A stretch of DNA of 54,145 bases from Vicugna vicugna. Lineage: Eukaryota. The translations under genes were made by a program, and so were the position numbers. The stretch lies in assembly GCA_013265495.1 (NCBI GenBank), contig PNXW01002066.1, positions 1-54,145 on the forward strand, written 5' to 3'. The notes under the pieces are model-generated. The model was not told where the DNA came from. It worked only from the letters and a program-made list of their open reading frames with translations, and searched no databases. This document shows positions 27,791 to 39,500 of this stretch, piece by piece. The first letter of the stretch is position 1; every line of letters begins with the position of its first letter.

Positions 27791-29349
27791 TTCACTTATA
27801 TTTTGAAAAGTATTAATCCTACTTTTAACATTGCTAATGGTGACCTCTTACAAAATACACTGTCAAATGTTTAACTTTTCACTTTCAAATAATTTAAATA
27901 TGCAGAAAACTTGCAAAAAAAATTCTCATGTAGCCTTCTCTACCTGGCTTTCCCATGTGTCAATATCTTATGTAAATAATGGTTACCTTTTGCGTTAAAA
28001 AAGATGTTTGAAACTGGATTTCTTAAGTATTTAACCTATTAGGTGAGGTTCTGGAACTACTTTTCCCTCAATCAGTTTTTCTAATTATTTCAATTGTATA
28101 ATCTCAGATTTTGGACTTACACTATTGTTAATTTTAAAAATCTTTTTTTTTAAATCTTTTTTTTTAACTTTTTTTTATTGTTACAGTCATTTTACAATGT
28201 TTTGAAAAATCTTCTTTCTAATGTCTTTCTTTCTGATTTTCAGTTTTATTTACAACTCAAATTTGACTATTTTTCCTCTGGCTCAGTGTCCTCAGTTTCT
28301 TTGTACCATGATCCAACTGGGTCCAGGAAGCATTTAGAGATATATATGTAAATAAATTATATAACACTTTACCATCACAAAAAGGGGGAAATCCAGATGG
28401 GCAGAGCAGTTTGATAGTTGTACCGTCAGGTCAGAGCCAGCGTTTACTTGCGGGCGCCCTTTCTCTTTAATGGCATAGTAATGGCACTGCGTCCGGCTGG
28501 ACAGGTTTGAATTCTGAGGGGAGGATACACTAGACTTTGACCTTGGACAACTTATTTCACCTCTGTGTATCTAAGTTTCCTCCTTGAAAAATGAGAATAA
28601 TAACAGAACTCGGCAATAAATGTTAACAGATGATAATGTGGAAAACTAGTTTTTAAAAAAATCTCTGAGCAATCTCATTCGTTTTAATAGTTTTAGTAGC
28701 TATTGCTGATGGTTCTGATGGTCCCAGAAGCAGATAAAAATTATCCCGATACCTGAACTCAGAGATAGCCACCTTAAAAAATTTATGCCGAAATTTGTAA
28801 ATATGTATTTGTCTTTAAAATGTGACCGTGCTCTGCATATGCTTTGGGAACTTTTAAAAGAATCAAATGTATCTAGATACGTCTGTATATGTATGTGCAT
28901 AGATATGCACGTATGTTCATTTGTTTGTTCATTTATTTATTCACTCATTCATCAAATAGTTGAGAATCAACCGTGTACAGTTACGAGAGAGCCGTGAACA
29001 AAACAGCTTACGTTATTGAGTGGGAAAAAAAGAGACATTAAACAGCTAATTGCAATGGGCTCTTTAATGATTCTTGTGGTACCTGCTTTGAAGAAGTATA
29101 GGGAAGCGTTTAAAGAGGCCACTGGGACTGTGGAGAGAGTCCATGTCAGTAAATTCAGTGCTAAAGCATCGTACGTATGAGCTGCCTGGCTTTCTATTGG
29201 GTGGATATACCACGTTCTTTACAACTAATTTCTTATTGCGCAATTGTTGCACAAATTCTTTTTACACAATTAATTCTAAGATCGCCACCAATAAAAAGAA
29301 ACAAAAATAACTCATTTGCTTTGTGGGAGAAATAGCAACCAGCAGTGAG

Positions 29350-29493
29350 GAATATCAGTATCTCCCCAATGCCTGTGACAGCCCTCCCCCAACCAAGTCA
29401 CAACAATCAAAAAATGTCTCCAGACATTGTTAAATGTCCCCCGGGGGCGTTGTGGGTGGGGGGGTGCAAAACCACACCTAGTAAGAGCCACTG
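29350..29493. mobile_element. MER20-like hAT DNA transposon fragment
   Basis: CAAAAAATGTCTCCAGACATTGTTAAATGTCCCC...GAGCCACTG is characteristic of MER20. Confidence 0.7.
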
Positions 29494-30236
29494 AACTAGA
29501 TCAACATCCAGCTTTCCGCCAGCAGGACTTTATGAAAGCATCACTCATGACTCAAACAAGGGATCTCTCATATAAGACCTGCCCACATGAAGTACAGAAT
29601 TATAGCCGCTTCGGAACCAGAAACTGGGGTGTGAAGGCACAGCTCTGTCATTTGCTAGCTTGATGACCTCTCTGAGTTCCGGCTTCCTCATCCTTAAATC
29701 AGGAACAAATAACATCACCTCTTAGAGCTGCTGCAAGAACGCAGTGAGATACTTTATGCAAAGCACCGAGCCCCAGCAGCTTAACAGGCACCAAAGACCA
29801 TTAACCCTCCCCTGGAGAAAAGGCAGCCCAGACTCTGCAGTCGGGAGGCCGCAGGATCCAGAGTCAGAAGCCCTGGGCCCAAGGCGTGCCCGGGCCACCT
29901 AGAAGCTGTGCGAACCTGGCAGGTCATTTCCCCTCCTTTATAAAACAGAAATGATAATCGCCAGTAGGTGAGAACCAAGCCGGCTGGTTTGGTTCAGCAC
30001 TTGGCGCACGAAGCCAGCTGGAGCAATGTCAGTGATTAGTACTACCAAACCTTTCACAGCTTTCTGTAAAGGGAAGAACGAGCTCTTCAACAAATCCCGA
30101 GACCCGAGAATGCAGTGACACTGGGGCAAGGCACAGGGGACAAGAGTAATAACAACAGGGACCCTCAACCTCTAGGTCCTTCTAGACAAGCAGTTGCCAG
30201 CTGGTCACCCACAGGCCAAATCTGGCCACTGCTGTG

Positions 30237-32986
30237 TCGTTTAGCCCCCTGTAGTCTCATGGTGATTATTTAAAATCCAAATTTGAGGCTTTTCTGCTTA
30301 AGTGCAAAGGTTGAGTCATGCTGGGTCCATCCTGACACATGCCCCTTTGGTGAGACAATAATCATGGGCGGGGCGAGGGGTGGGGCAGACGCCCCCCAGA
30401 CATCACCTGGCCTAAGTCACCCATTTATTTTACCAGCCTGGACCCTCTAGGCATTTGTTTATAACTTTAGCTTATCTAAAGATAACTATGTGGGAAAGCA
30501 TTTGAACCTCCAGGGCGAACTTCAAATAAGGCAGAAACCAACACCCACTGGGACACTCCCTCCCAGGGCCTCACCTGGGTAATAGCTCTCTGGGTTAGGC
30601 CCTCAGATTCCTTTTCTCCTGGACACTTCAACCTCATGACTACACCATCTCCTCACTCTGTATACACCTTCCTCCGTTCAGGGCATCACCTCCCCCAAAA
30701 TAACACCTGTGTCCAGTGGATTATCTGCGTAAAGAATTTTCACAAAACACAATAGCTTTCTTTTTAACCAGACTACCAAACACTCGACATGATGTTTCTG
30801 TCTCCTGACCATACTCTGGTTTCCCTTGGGGTGCCTGCGCTCCCCGACTCTTACTGCCATGACTTAGGTGGGGTTGACTCTGTGCCCAGCTGCAGGCAAA
30901 AGCATGTGACCCAGGCAGAAGCACTCAGAGTCAGTCTTGGGGCTTTGGCAACAGTGCCTGGGAGGAAAGCGTTCTCTGTCCCTCTGGGACAGGAGCTGAG
31001 GAGGATGGACGATGGGGGTGGGGAGTGGGGAGCAGGGGGTGGGGAATCTCCTTATGTCACAGCCTGTCTAAAGAGTGGAGCCTCTGGAAACAGCCCAGTC
31101 TACGGCCAAGCTCCTTTTGGGTTCTTTTGGTCACATTTAATTCCCATCTTCACTTAAGGCAGTTAGAATTGGCTTTTCTTACAATTGAAAGAGACCTGAT
31201 CAATACCAGAGAAATTTAAAAGATGTGCTTGAACATGGAAACAAAGCCAAGAGGCTTTGCTCAAATTTTCTCCTTTCTTTTTGTTACCTCCCTCTATCCA
31301 ATAAGAACTAGCATTAGCCATCCCTCTACAAGCACTTATGTCATGGTATATAATTATTTCTTTGCTTGCCTATGTCTTCCACAAATCTATTGAGCTCCCT
31401 CGGGACAGAAAGTGTGTCCTATTCACGTTTGGCTCTTTAACGTCTTGCACGATGGCGCACACTTTGGGCCGAACAAGTGTCTGTTGAATGCATGAATCCA
31501 CGGAAGGCAGGGGGACAAAAGGACCCATCCTAATTCTCTTCTTTGCGACACCCATACCAGGAGACCACCTCATAAGCCTTGCCCCTGTGGTACACAAAGC
31601 GTCTTCTGAAATCGTTTAGCCCCCTGTAGTCTCATGGTGATTATTTAAAATCCAAATTCGAGGCATTTCTGCTTAAGTGCAAAGGTTGAGTCATGCTGGG
31701 TCCATCCTGACACATGCCCCTTTGGTGAGACAATAATCATGGGCGGGGCGAGGGGTGGGGCAGACGCCCCCCAGACATCACCTGGCCTAAGTCACCCATT
31801 TATTTTACCAGCCTGGACCCTCTAGGCATTAGTTTGTAACTTTAGCTTATCTAAACATAACTATCTGGGAAAGCATTTGAACCTTCAGGGTGAACTTCAG
31901 ATAAGGCAGAAACCAACACCCACTGGGACACTCCCTCCCAGGGCCTCACCTGGGTAATAGCTCTCTGGGTTAGGCCCTCAGATTCCTTTTCTCCTGGACA
32001 CTTCAACCTCATGACTACACCATCTCCTCACTCTGTATACACCTTCCTCCGTTCAGGGCATCACCTCCCCCAAAATAACACCTGTGTCCAGTGGATTATC
32101 TGCGTAAAGAATTTTCACAAAACACAATAGCTTTCTTTTTAACCAGACTACCAAACACTCGACATGATGTTTCTGTCTCCTGACCATACTCTGGTTTCCC
32201 TTGGGGTGCCTGCGCTCCCCGACTCTTACTGCCATGACTTAGGTGGGGTTGACTCTGTGCCCAGCTGCAGGCAAAAGCATGTGACCCAGGCAGAAGCACT
32301 CAGAGTCAGTCTTGGGGCTTTGGCAACAGTGCCTGGGAGGAAAGCGTTCTCTGTCCCTCTGGGACAGGAGCTGAGGAGGATGGACGATGGGGGTGGGGAG
32401 TGGGGAGCAGGGGGTGGGGAATCTCCTTATGTCACAGCCTGTCTAAAGAGTGGAGCCTCTGGAAACAGCCCAGTCTACGGCCAAGCTCATTTTGGGTTCT
32501 TTTGGTCACATTTAATTCCCATCTTCACTTAAGGCAGTTAGAATTGGCTTTTCTTACAATTGAAAGAGACCTGATCAATACCAGAGAAATTTAAAAGATG
32601 TGCTTGAACATGGAAACAAAGCCAAGAGGCTTTGCTCAAATTTTCTCCTTTCTTTTTGTTACCTCCCTCTATCCAATAAGAACTAGCATTAGCCATCCCT
32701 CTACAAGCACTTATGTCATGGTATATAATTATTTCTTTGCTTGCCTATGTCTTCCACAAATCTATTGAGCTCCCTCGGGACAGAAAGTGTGTCCTATTCA
32801 CGTTTGGCTCTTTAACGTCTTGCACGATGGCGCACACTTTGGGCCGAACAAGTGTCTGTTGAATGCATGAATCCACGGAAGGCAGGGGGACAAAAGGACC
32901 CATCCTAATTCTCTTCTTTGCGACACCCATACCAGGAGACCACCTCATAAGCCTTGCCCCTGTGGTACACAAAGCGTCTTCTGAAA
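30237..32986. repeat. Head-to-tail tandem duplication, 2 x 1375 bp (30237-31611, 31612-32986)
   Basis: Both copies start TCGTTTAGCCCCCTGTAG and end GCGTCTTCTGAAA. Duplicated ORFs in the track are offset by exactly 1375. About 10 substitutions seen by eye. Confidence 0.97.
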
Positions 32987-35199
32987 CAGACCTACCCAAC
33001 CACTGTAAACAAACTGCATCATGAGAACTCACTCCTTCCAGTTATTACTAATTCTCCCACGTGTCCGTCCCATGGAACCTGACCGCACGGTTACCCACAA
33101 GGTGCTCATACTGGGAAGAAAATACTTCATTGCAAGATGCCACCTACAACTGTATGAATTGATACACACTGTGGACAAGCCATTCACACATATAACTTCA
33201 CTGATTAGAGTTGGGTGGAGGAGGAGAGGACCCCTTCTTTGCTTTCTAGCCTTCATTTTGACCCGAATACATCCAGAATCCTGATTCTGATGCCTGGCAA
33301 CCATCTGCTTCTGCCAAATAACAATCGCAGGCCCCTCCCGCCTCCATTTCCCCCCACCCCCATCTTTTATAATTAATTAAGTAGAAGGAAATACAAATAT
33401 GTCTAAAAAATCAACAGCCATAAAACAACAGCTTCCCCACTAAAAACAGTTTTGACTCTAGGTGCATAATTGCCACACCCTTAGTAGCTCTGTAATAGCT
33501 GCCGCTTCCACTGCATCAAGCAATAAAGATTTTCAAACAGTCAAAGGTCAGGGCCGGAATCATACTCCTAGTATGAAGCACAGCATTTACCTTATCCAAT
33601 TCTCATTTTCCCATACTTGGGCCCACACCACCAGGGCAATCGAGGAAGAACTGGATTTACGCGAATTTAACAATATTTACTGAGCATCTACCATGTGATA
33701 AGAACCACAGCGGACCCTGGGAATCAAGAGAGAAAGTGTAAAAACTCACAAAGCATTCAGTTTAAAGGGGAACACTGGCAAGTAAAGACACAATTCCATT
33801 ATGGAAAAACAGGAATTATGAAAGCACCAAGGAGGGCACATCCAAGCTATGTTGGAGCATCAGAGAGGCGCTTGAGAGACACAGACCTTTACAGGGAGGA
33901 CTGGAGGATGAACAGCAGGTAGTCTAGGGCAGATGCAGTGAAAGAGGCTTCCAACAGTTCCAGGTGGAGGCTAATTAATATGTAAGAAAGCACAGCCTTC
34001 TCTGGAAACTGAAAAGAGGCAAGTATGGCTGGAATTTAAAAGTGTAAAGAGAGACGCTGCTACAGAGGAAGCAGGGGCCAAGAGACCCTGGACGGCTTTG
34101 GAGCTTTTGAAGCCTCTGAACTTTGTTTAAACAAACAAACAAACAGACAAACAAACATCAGTTGCCTGATACAAGGTACAAACAGGCCAAAATGACTCTG
34201 ACAAATGCATCTTGACATTCACTAACTATTGATTCCACCATGCATGTTACTGAGAACACTAAGGGGGTAGGAAACTGGCAAGGAATTATCTTGTCATTCA
34301 TTTACGGATTCTTGGTTGAAACATCAGCTGTCACTACCACTCTGTATACCTTCCTCTCAAAATTATTTCTGTCCTTTTCCCACAAATACCTGAAAAGCAG
34401 GCACTCTAGGCTTTAGCAGATAGGGATTAACTCTGGAAATGCACCCCAAGCTAATAGGGTGGGGGTACCAAAAAACTGAAACAACACAGCTAAGCAAAAA
34501 GTTGAGGGAAAAAAAACAGTAAAAAGCAAATTTAGAAAACGCAGGAGGAAGTAAAAGTATTTTCATACACACACACAAAAAAGAAGTGTCCCACGTGCTC
34601 CGGCCAAACCAAAGTCCCCCTTTGAGCCAACTGCTGAAAAAAGAAGCAAAAGCTGTGAAAACTTCCACTTTCATATCTCATCAGAGAATTAACAACAAAA
34701 TCAGTACCACAGAGCTAAGTAGCCCTGGAAGACCTTGAAATATTTGCCCCAGACGATACAGCACAGGACAGTCACCTCCAGAAGCTCTCCAAACCACAAA
34801 CCATTCCTCTCTTTCAAAAGCCTGAACATCCGCAACCTCTGGTCTTTCCTGTCATTTCATAATCAATGCCTGTGAGGCAGTAAAGCCGTCCCAAAGAAAC
34901 TTGGAGAAGGATGGGCTTCCAAACCCAAAGTGAGAAGACTTTTTTTTTTTAAAGATCATTACTATTTTAACTGGCGCTAGGCGCTTGCAGAATCCTATTC
35001 TCCCACTTTCAAATTTCTCAATGTCAAGCTCTCCAGGTCACGTTCGCCCCTGGTTAGGAGACAGCACCACCTCTCAGCTGCCTCCTCACAGGGCGTTCTG
35101 AAACTCACTGGGCAGATCCCCTGGGCTTCACTAACCCTTAACTTTTTTGCCATCACGCACTTGTAAGTGAAGGCCTTGCCGCAGCAGGGCAACCCGGAA

Positions 35200-35900
35200 A
35201 GGCTCAGCATGATGCCCCCCAAGCCTGGCAGCCTTGGACACAACACTCCTGGGAGGTGCAGCCCCAGGCGGCGGGTCTGGGGCCAGCAGGATCTCAAGGG
35301 GTGGGGAGGAAGGGACGGAGGGCTGGTCCAGTGCCCTGAGGGAGATGCTCTGCGGGGTGGGGACATGGTGCAGTGGAGACAACAAAGGGTGGGAGCAGGC
35401 AGACACAGCCAGCCCAGCTGGTCTCCGGGGGGCCAGACGGCAGTCCGGAGCCGGGTGGCAGGCTGTGGCGAGGTGCGGTACCCGGCCCCCAGCCCCTGGC
35501 CGGCCCGGTGCAGTGCACTCGCCTGCCCACAGTCTAGTTGGCCAGCTTCTTCATGTAGTTGAACTGCTTCTTCATGGCGGGAGAGGCAGAGGCGGCAGTG
35601 ACCCGCGTGGCTCAGGCTGGCCAGGACAGGGGATGGCCTTGTGGCTCCTACATCGCTTCCCGGGCAAGGTGGTGGCGACTCCACAGGCTGGCAGCCCTGA
35701 TCTGGCTGTGTCCCTTCCAGCGGCGCCGCCCCAGGGGCCACCCAGGTCGGGCCCAAGGAGGAGAGCCCGGCCCAGGCCACAGACCTGGGTGAGTGCCGCC
35801 TGGTCCCCACCCCTCCCATTGCTCCCTGTGCCTCGGGAGGAGTGGCCACTCAGGGCCTCACAGTCCACTAAGACCTCAGCATGCTTTCGCTCAGCGATCG
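35200..35900. promoter_or_regulatory. Partly eroded GC-rich/CpG-island-like ARHGAP17 promoter and first-exon region
   Basis: Strongly GC-rich block around the ARHGAP17 exon 1 remnant, with residual CpGs and many TG/CA dinucleotides. Confidence 0.6.
35523..35575 (-). pseudogene. ARHGAP17: ARHGAP17 (RICH1)-like coding exon 1 with premature stop
   Basis: The minus strand reads CCCGCC ATG AAG AAG CAG TTC AAC TAC ATG AAG AAG CTG GCC AAC TAG ACT GTG GGC AG|gcgagt = MKKQFNYMKKLAN*TVGR, against ARHGAP17 MKKQFNRMKQLANQTVGR. The 53 nt coding exon is followed by intron-like sequence. Proximity to LCMT1 favours ARHGAP17 over ARHGAP44. No exon 2 was recognised in the window. Confidence 0.88.
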
Positions 35901-36549
35901 CCTGCTCGAGTGATATTTAACTCCCTTGCCAGACTAGGTCTCAAACACTTAGTGAAAAAAGCAGACACAGAGTGTAGACAGTGTGACACCCCCATTTATG
36001 GTGTCCAAGAACATCCAAAAACCCATCCTCGAGGCTAGACACCCAAGCTGGGCTACTAGGGAAGGAGGGCCGAGGTGGAACCAGAAAGGACATGAGGGAG
36101 CTTTGGAGCAATGGAAATGTTCAGTTTCTTTAACTAGGCCCGTGCTTAAGTGCAGGTGGAGTTACTTTGGAGATGGCACCTTCAGAGCCGCCATAATGGT
36201 GGCCGGCATCTAGGGGGACGGGATGGTGTGTGACACTGGGAACGTCAAGGAGGTGGGGGAGAATGGCCTAACCCCGTTGCTGGGAAGTCATGGGGATGGG
36301 CAGAAAGGCCTGAGGAGAGACAGATCATTGGAGACAGGACCTTCGTTAGGTCCCATGCCAGGCCTGGGTGCCCTGAGGCAGGTGGGAGGGGTGAGGGCAT
36401 CTTGCATTCCACCGTTGCCTAGAAACCCCTCATTGTGATCTGATTCTTAGCTTTGCGCTGGCTGCAGTTCAGGGACAGTTCGCGGGATTGTCCGACTGTG
36501 CTGGACGCTTTTCGCGGAGCGGACCAGGTCAGTTCTATAACCCGCAGCG

Positions 36550-39500
36550 ATGTCCTGGTTTAGTGGCCTTAGCTCCAGCCTAGGCCACTCTCTGGGGCAA
36601 GTGGGTGGTAGTGTAGCATCTTTCACTGGACACATCACTAATTTTAGAAAAGATGTGTTGAGGAAAGGAAGTGAAAAGGTAGAAGTACCTGAATCTAAGA
36701 CGGAGGTTGAAGACTCTCAGTCGATTTTAAAATCAGAGAATGAGAGACTTAAAACTCTTTATAGTGATCTAGAAGAGAAGTATGAAGCCTCAGAGCTTCA
36801 AATAAGACAGCAGACTACTAGTTACAGACATCAATTACAACAGAAGGATGTAGATATCAAACTCCTTACAGCAAGACAGATAGCGCTAAAGGATCAACTG
36901 CTGAAGCTGCAATCAGTATCGCGGTCAGTAGATCCTGCAGCTGGCTGTGTACCCCCAGTCACTTTACCACCTCCACTGGGTTATGATACCAGTGACCATG
37001 CTTTAGCTGTCCAGAATAATGATATGGACTTTGCTGACCTCATTTGGTCACAACAAGAAATAAATAGATTGTCAAATGAAGTCTTAAGACTTGAGGCTGA
37101 TGTCAACCACTGGAGGCATGTTGCCCAAAAGTTCACAGCGCGGGGAGCAGAGAGCTTTGACCAAAATGAAATCTGCAAACTGCAAACTACCATCAAGGAA
37201 CTTGAACAGAATCGATACAAGGAAATTGATGACCATCAACTTGAAATAGTGACAATGCAGAGTGTTCATCAACAGAAACTGGCCGAAGTAAGTCGTAGCC
37301 ATCGACAAAAATGTAGGGACTATGAAGAAAGGATTGGAGAACTGGAAAATCTGTTACTGCACGGTGGCTCCGGAATTGGACCAACTCATGACTTTCAAAT
37401 TCATGACGTGCAGGAAGCTATTCAAATTCTACAAGCTGAAAAGGAAGAGTCCACCAAGAAAATCAAAGAACTTGAGGATAGAATGAAATACATGAATGGA
37501 AAATCATCTTCTGTAGAGAGTGAAAGAGATGTTTTAAGGAGGGAACAAGACCGGATAAATGAAGAAACTAAGGAAAGAACTGAAGAGGGTGAATTGCAAC
37601 CTTACGTTATGAAGCAGAGCGATGCCGTGACAGCAAAGGATCGAGTGCTTCCACCAAGTACATCAATGGAGGAAGTGTTCAGAGCGCAGCAAGCACTGTC
37701 GGATGCTGACAATGAACCAATGAGACTGAGCAGCTTAAGCCAGGATAACGATGTCATCGAACACAACCTGAAACTTCAGGAACGAGTCCAAGTTGTAGAA
37801 AAAGAAAATTCACAGCTAAGTCAAGAAAAGGAAGGACTTCAACGATCACTTGTCAAATTGAGCAATGATTACAAAGTAATTAAAAGCACAGCTACAAGAG
37901 ACATCAATTCTGGTTCAGAAGAACATGATTTGAGATGTGACTTGGAACTCAAGGAAGGACAACTCAATGAGAGAATTACTAAGAAGGAATTACTGATACC
38001 CGAGTTAGGAGAGTTGGACGAGCAGAAACAAGAAACTGCAGAGCGCATACTTTTGATGAAAGATCAGCGATCAGAACAGCAACATGAAGGAGACGGTGTC
38101 ATCCAAAAACTAAAACAAGAGCTTGAGGAAGAAAAAAGGAGAGTCCGTCAACTTGAAGATGATCAGATGAACATTATTAAAGAGTTGGATATGCAAAAAG
38201 AAAGGTTAATTCAAAGTGAATTAGCTGCTAATGACTTGCTTTTAACCAAGCAGAAGCTTGAGGACAAAATAGAAGATTTAGTACATCAGCTAAATCAGTC
38301 ACAAGACTGTAATGTCGACATCCACAAGGAGAACTGTGAACTGAAGGAAGTTATTAAAGAAAACAAGAAGGAACTTTCAAGAATCAAGAAGGCATTCGCT
38401 CGGTCTCTTAATCAAGACCCGAATGGGAAGGTCGACTCACTTAAAGAACACGAGGCCGAAGTTAGAAACTTCAGGCAAAATCTTTCTGAAATACAAGAGC
38501 TCAATGTCAACTTAAGCAAAGTGGCTTTTGATCTCAAACTGGAAAATGAAAAGGTGGTTTTGGCACTTGAACATGTAAGGCGTCAGTGGGAAGAATCTAT
38601 TGTTGGTAACAACCAGAAGTCTCTGGGAAAAAACACTCCAGTGGAGGCTTTAAAACTGGAAAAAGGACAGTCAAAAGCAGAATTGTGTCAGGCTGAAAAG
38701 AGGCTTTTGGAAGAAATGAGGAAGAACGAGCAAATGATTGAAGAATTCTCAAATACACATCACCCAGATAGCTCTGCCTTACACCTGGAGCAGGAGTGTT
38801 TAATGCAACTCAGTCAAGAGAAAGATTCTGAAATAGCAGAACTCAAGAATATTGAGCAGATCATTGCTGACCATAAAGGAACTCAGGCAATGTTGTCATC
38901 TCGTTTGGAAGAGCAGGAGCAATTGAAACAACTTATAGAAGAGAAAGAAATTTTTCTTGAAAAACTGCAAGGAAGTTCAGATCCTTGGGAGGAATTAGAG
39001 AAATACACTCAAGGCTTAAGAAAAATGGAACTGTTACAGCAAACCATCGAAGAAAAAGACACAAGTCTTGCATCCATGAAAGAAGAAAATAGTCATCTGA
39101 AAGAGGAATTGGAACGACTGAGAGAACACAGTCAAACCAAATCTACGATTAACCCTAACATGCTAGACACTATTGTGGATCTAGAATCTGAGAGCTCTCC
39201 ATCAAGTGTCACGAAAGGCAATCTTGAGGAGAAAGTAAAACATCATCCGAAGCAAACTAAAGATCCAAACCAGACTAAGACGCAACAGTGTCAGTCTTTA
39301 CAAGAAATGGATGGTCTTGCAAACCAGCAGGAGCAGATGAATATTGAACACACTCAGCTCTTTGCAGCCAGAGGGGAGGAGATCGAGAATTTACAAAATG
39401 CAATTGAACAAATCAAATCCCAGTTGCCCGAAAAATCCCAGCACATGCCAACAGAACATTCGGATGTTTTTCAAGTGACAAAAGTTCAGAGTCTTAATGT

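Noticed and set aside
34995..35920. 284 aa (-) and 228 aa (+) ORFs
   Set aside because: Low-complexity Pro/Gly/Ala-rich translations typical of stop-poor GC-rich DNA. The real signal is the 53 nt ARHGAP17 exon in another frame.
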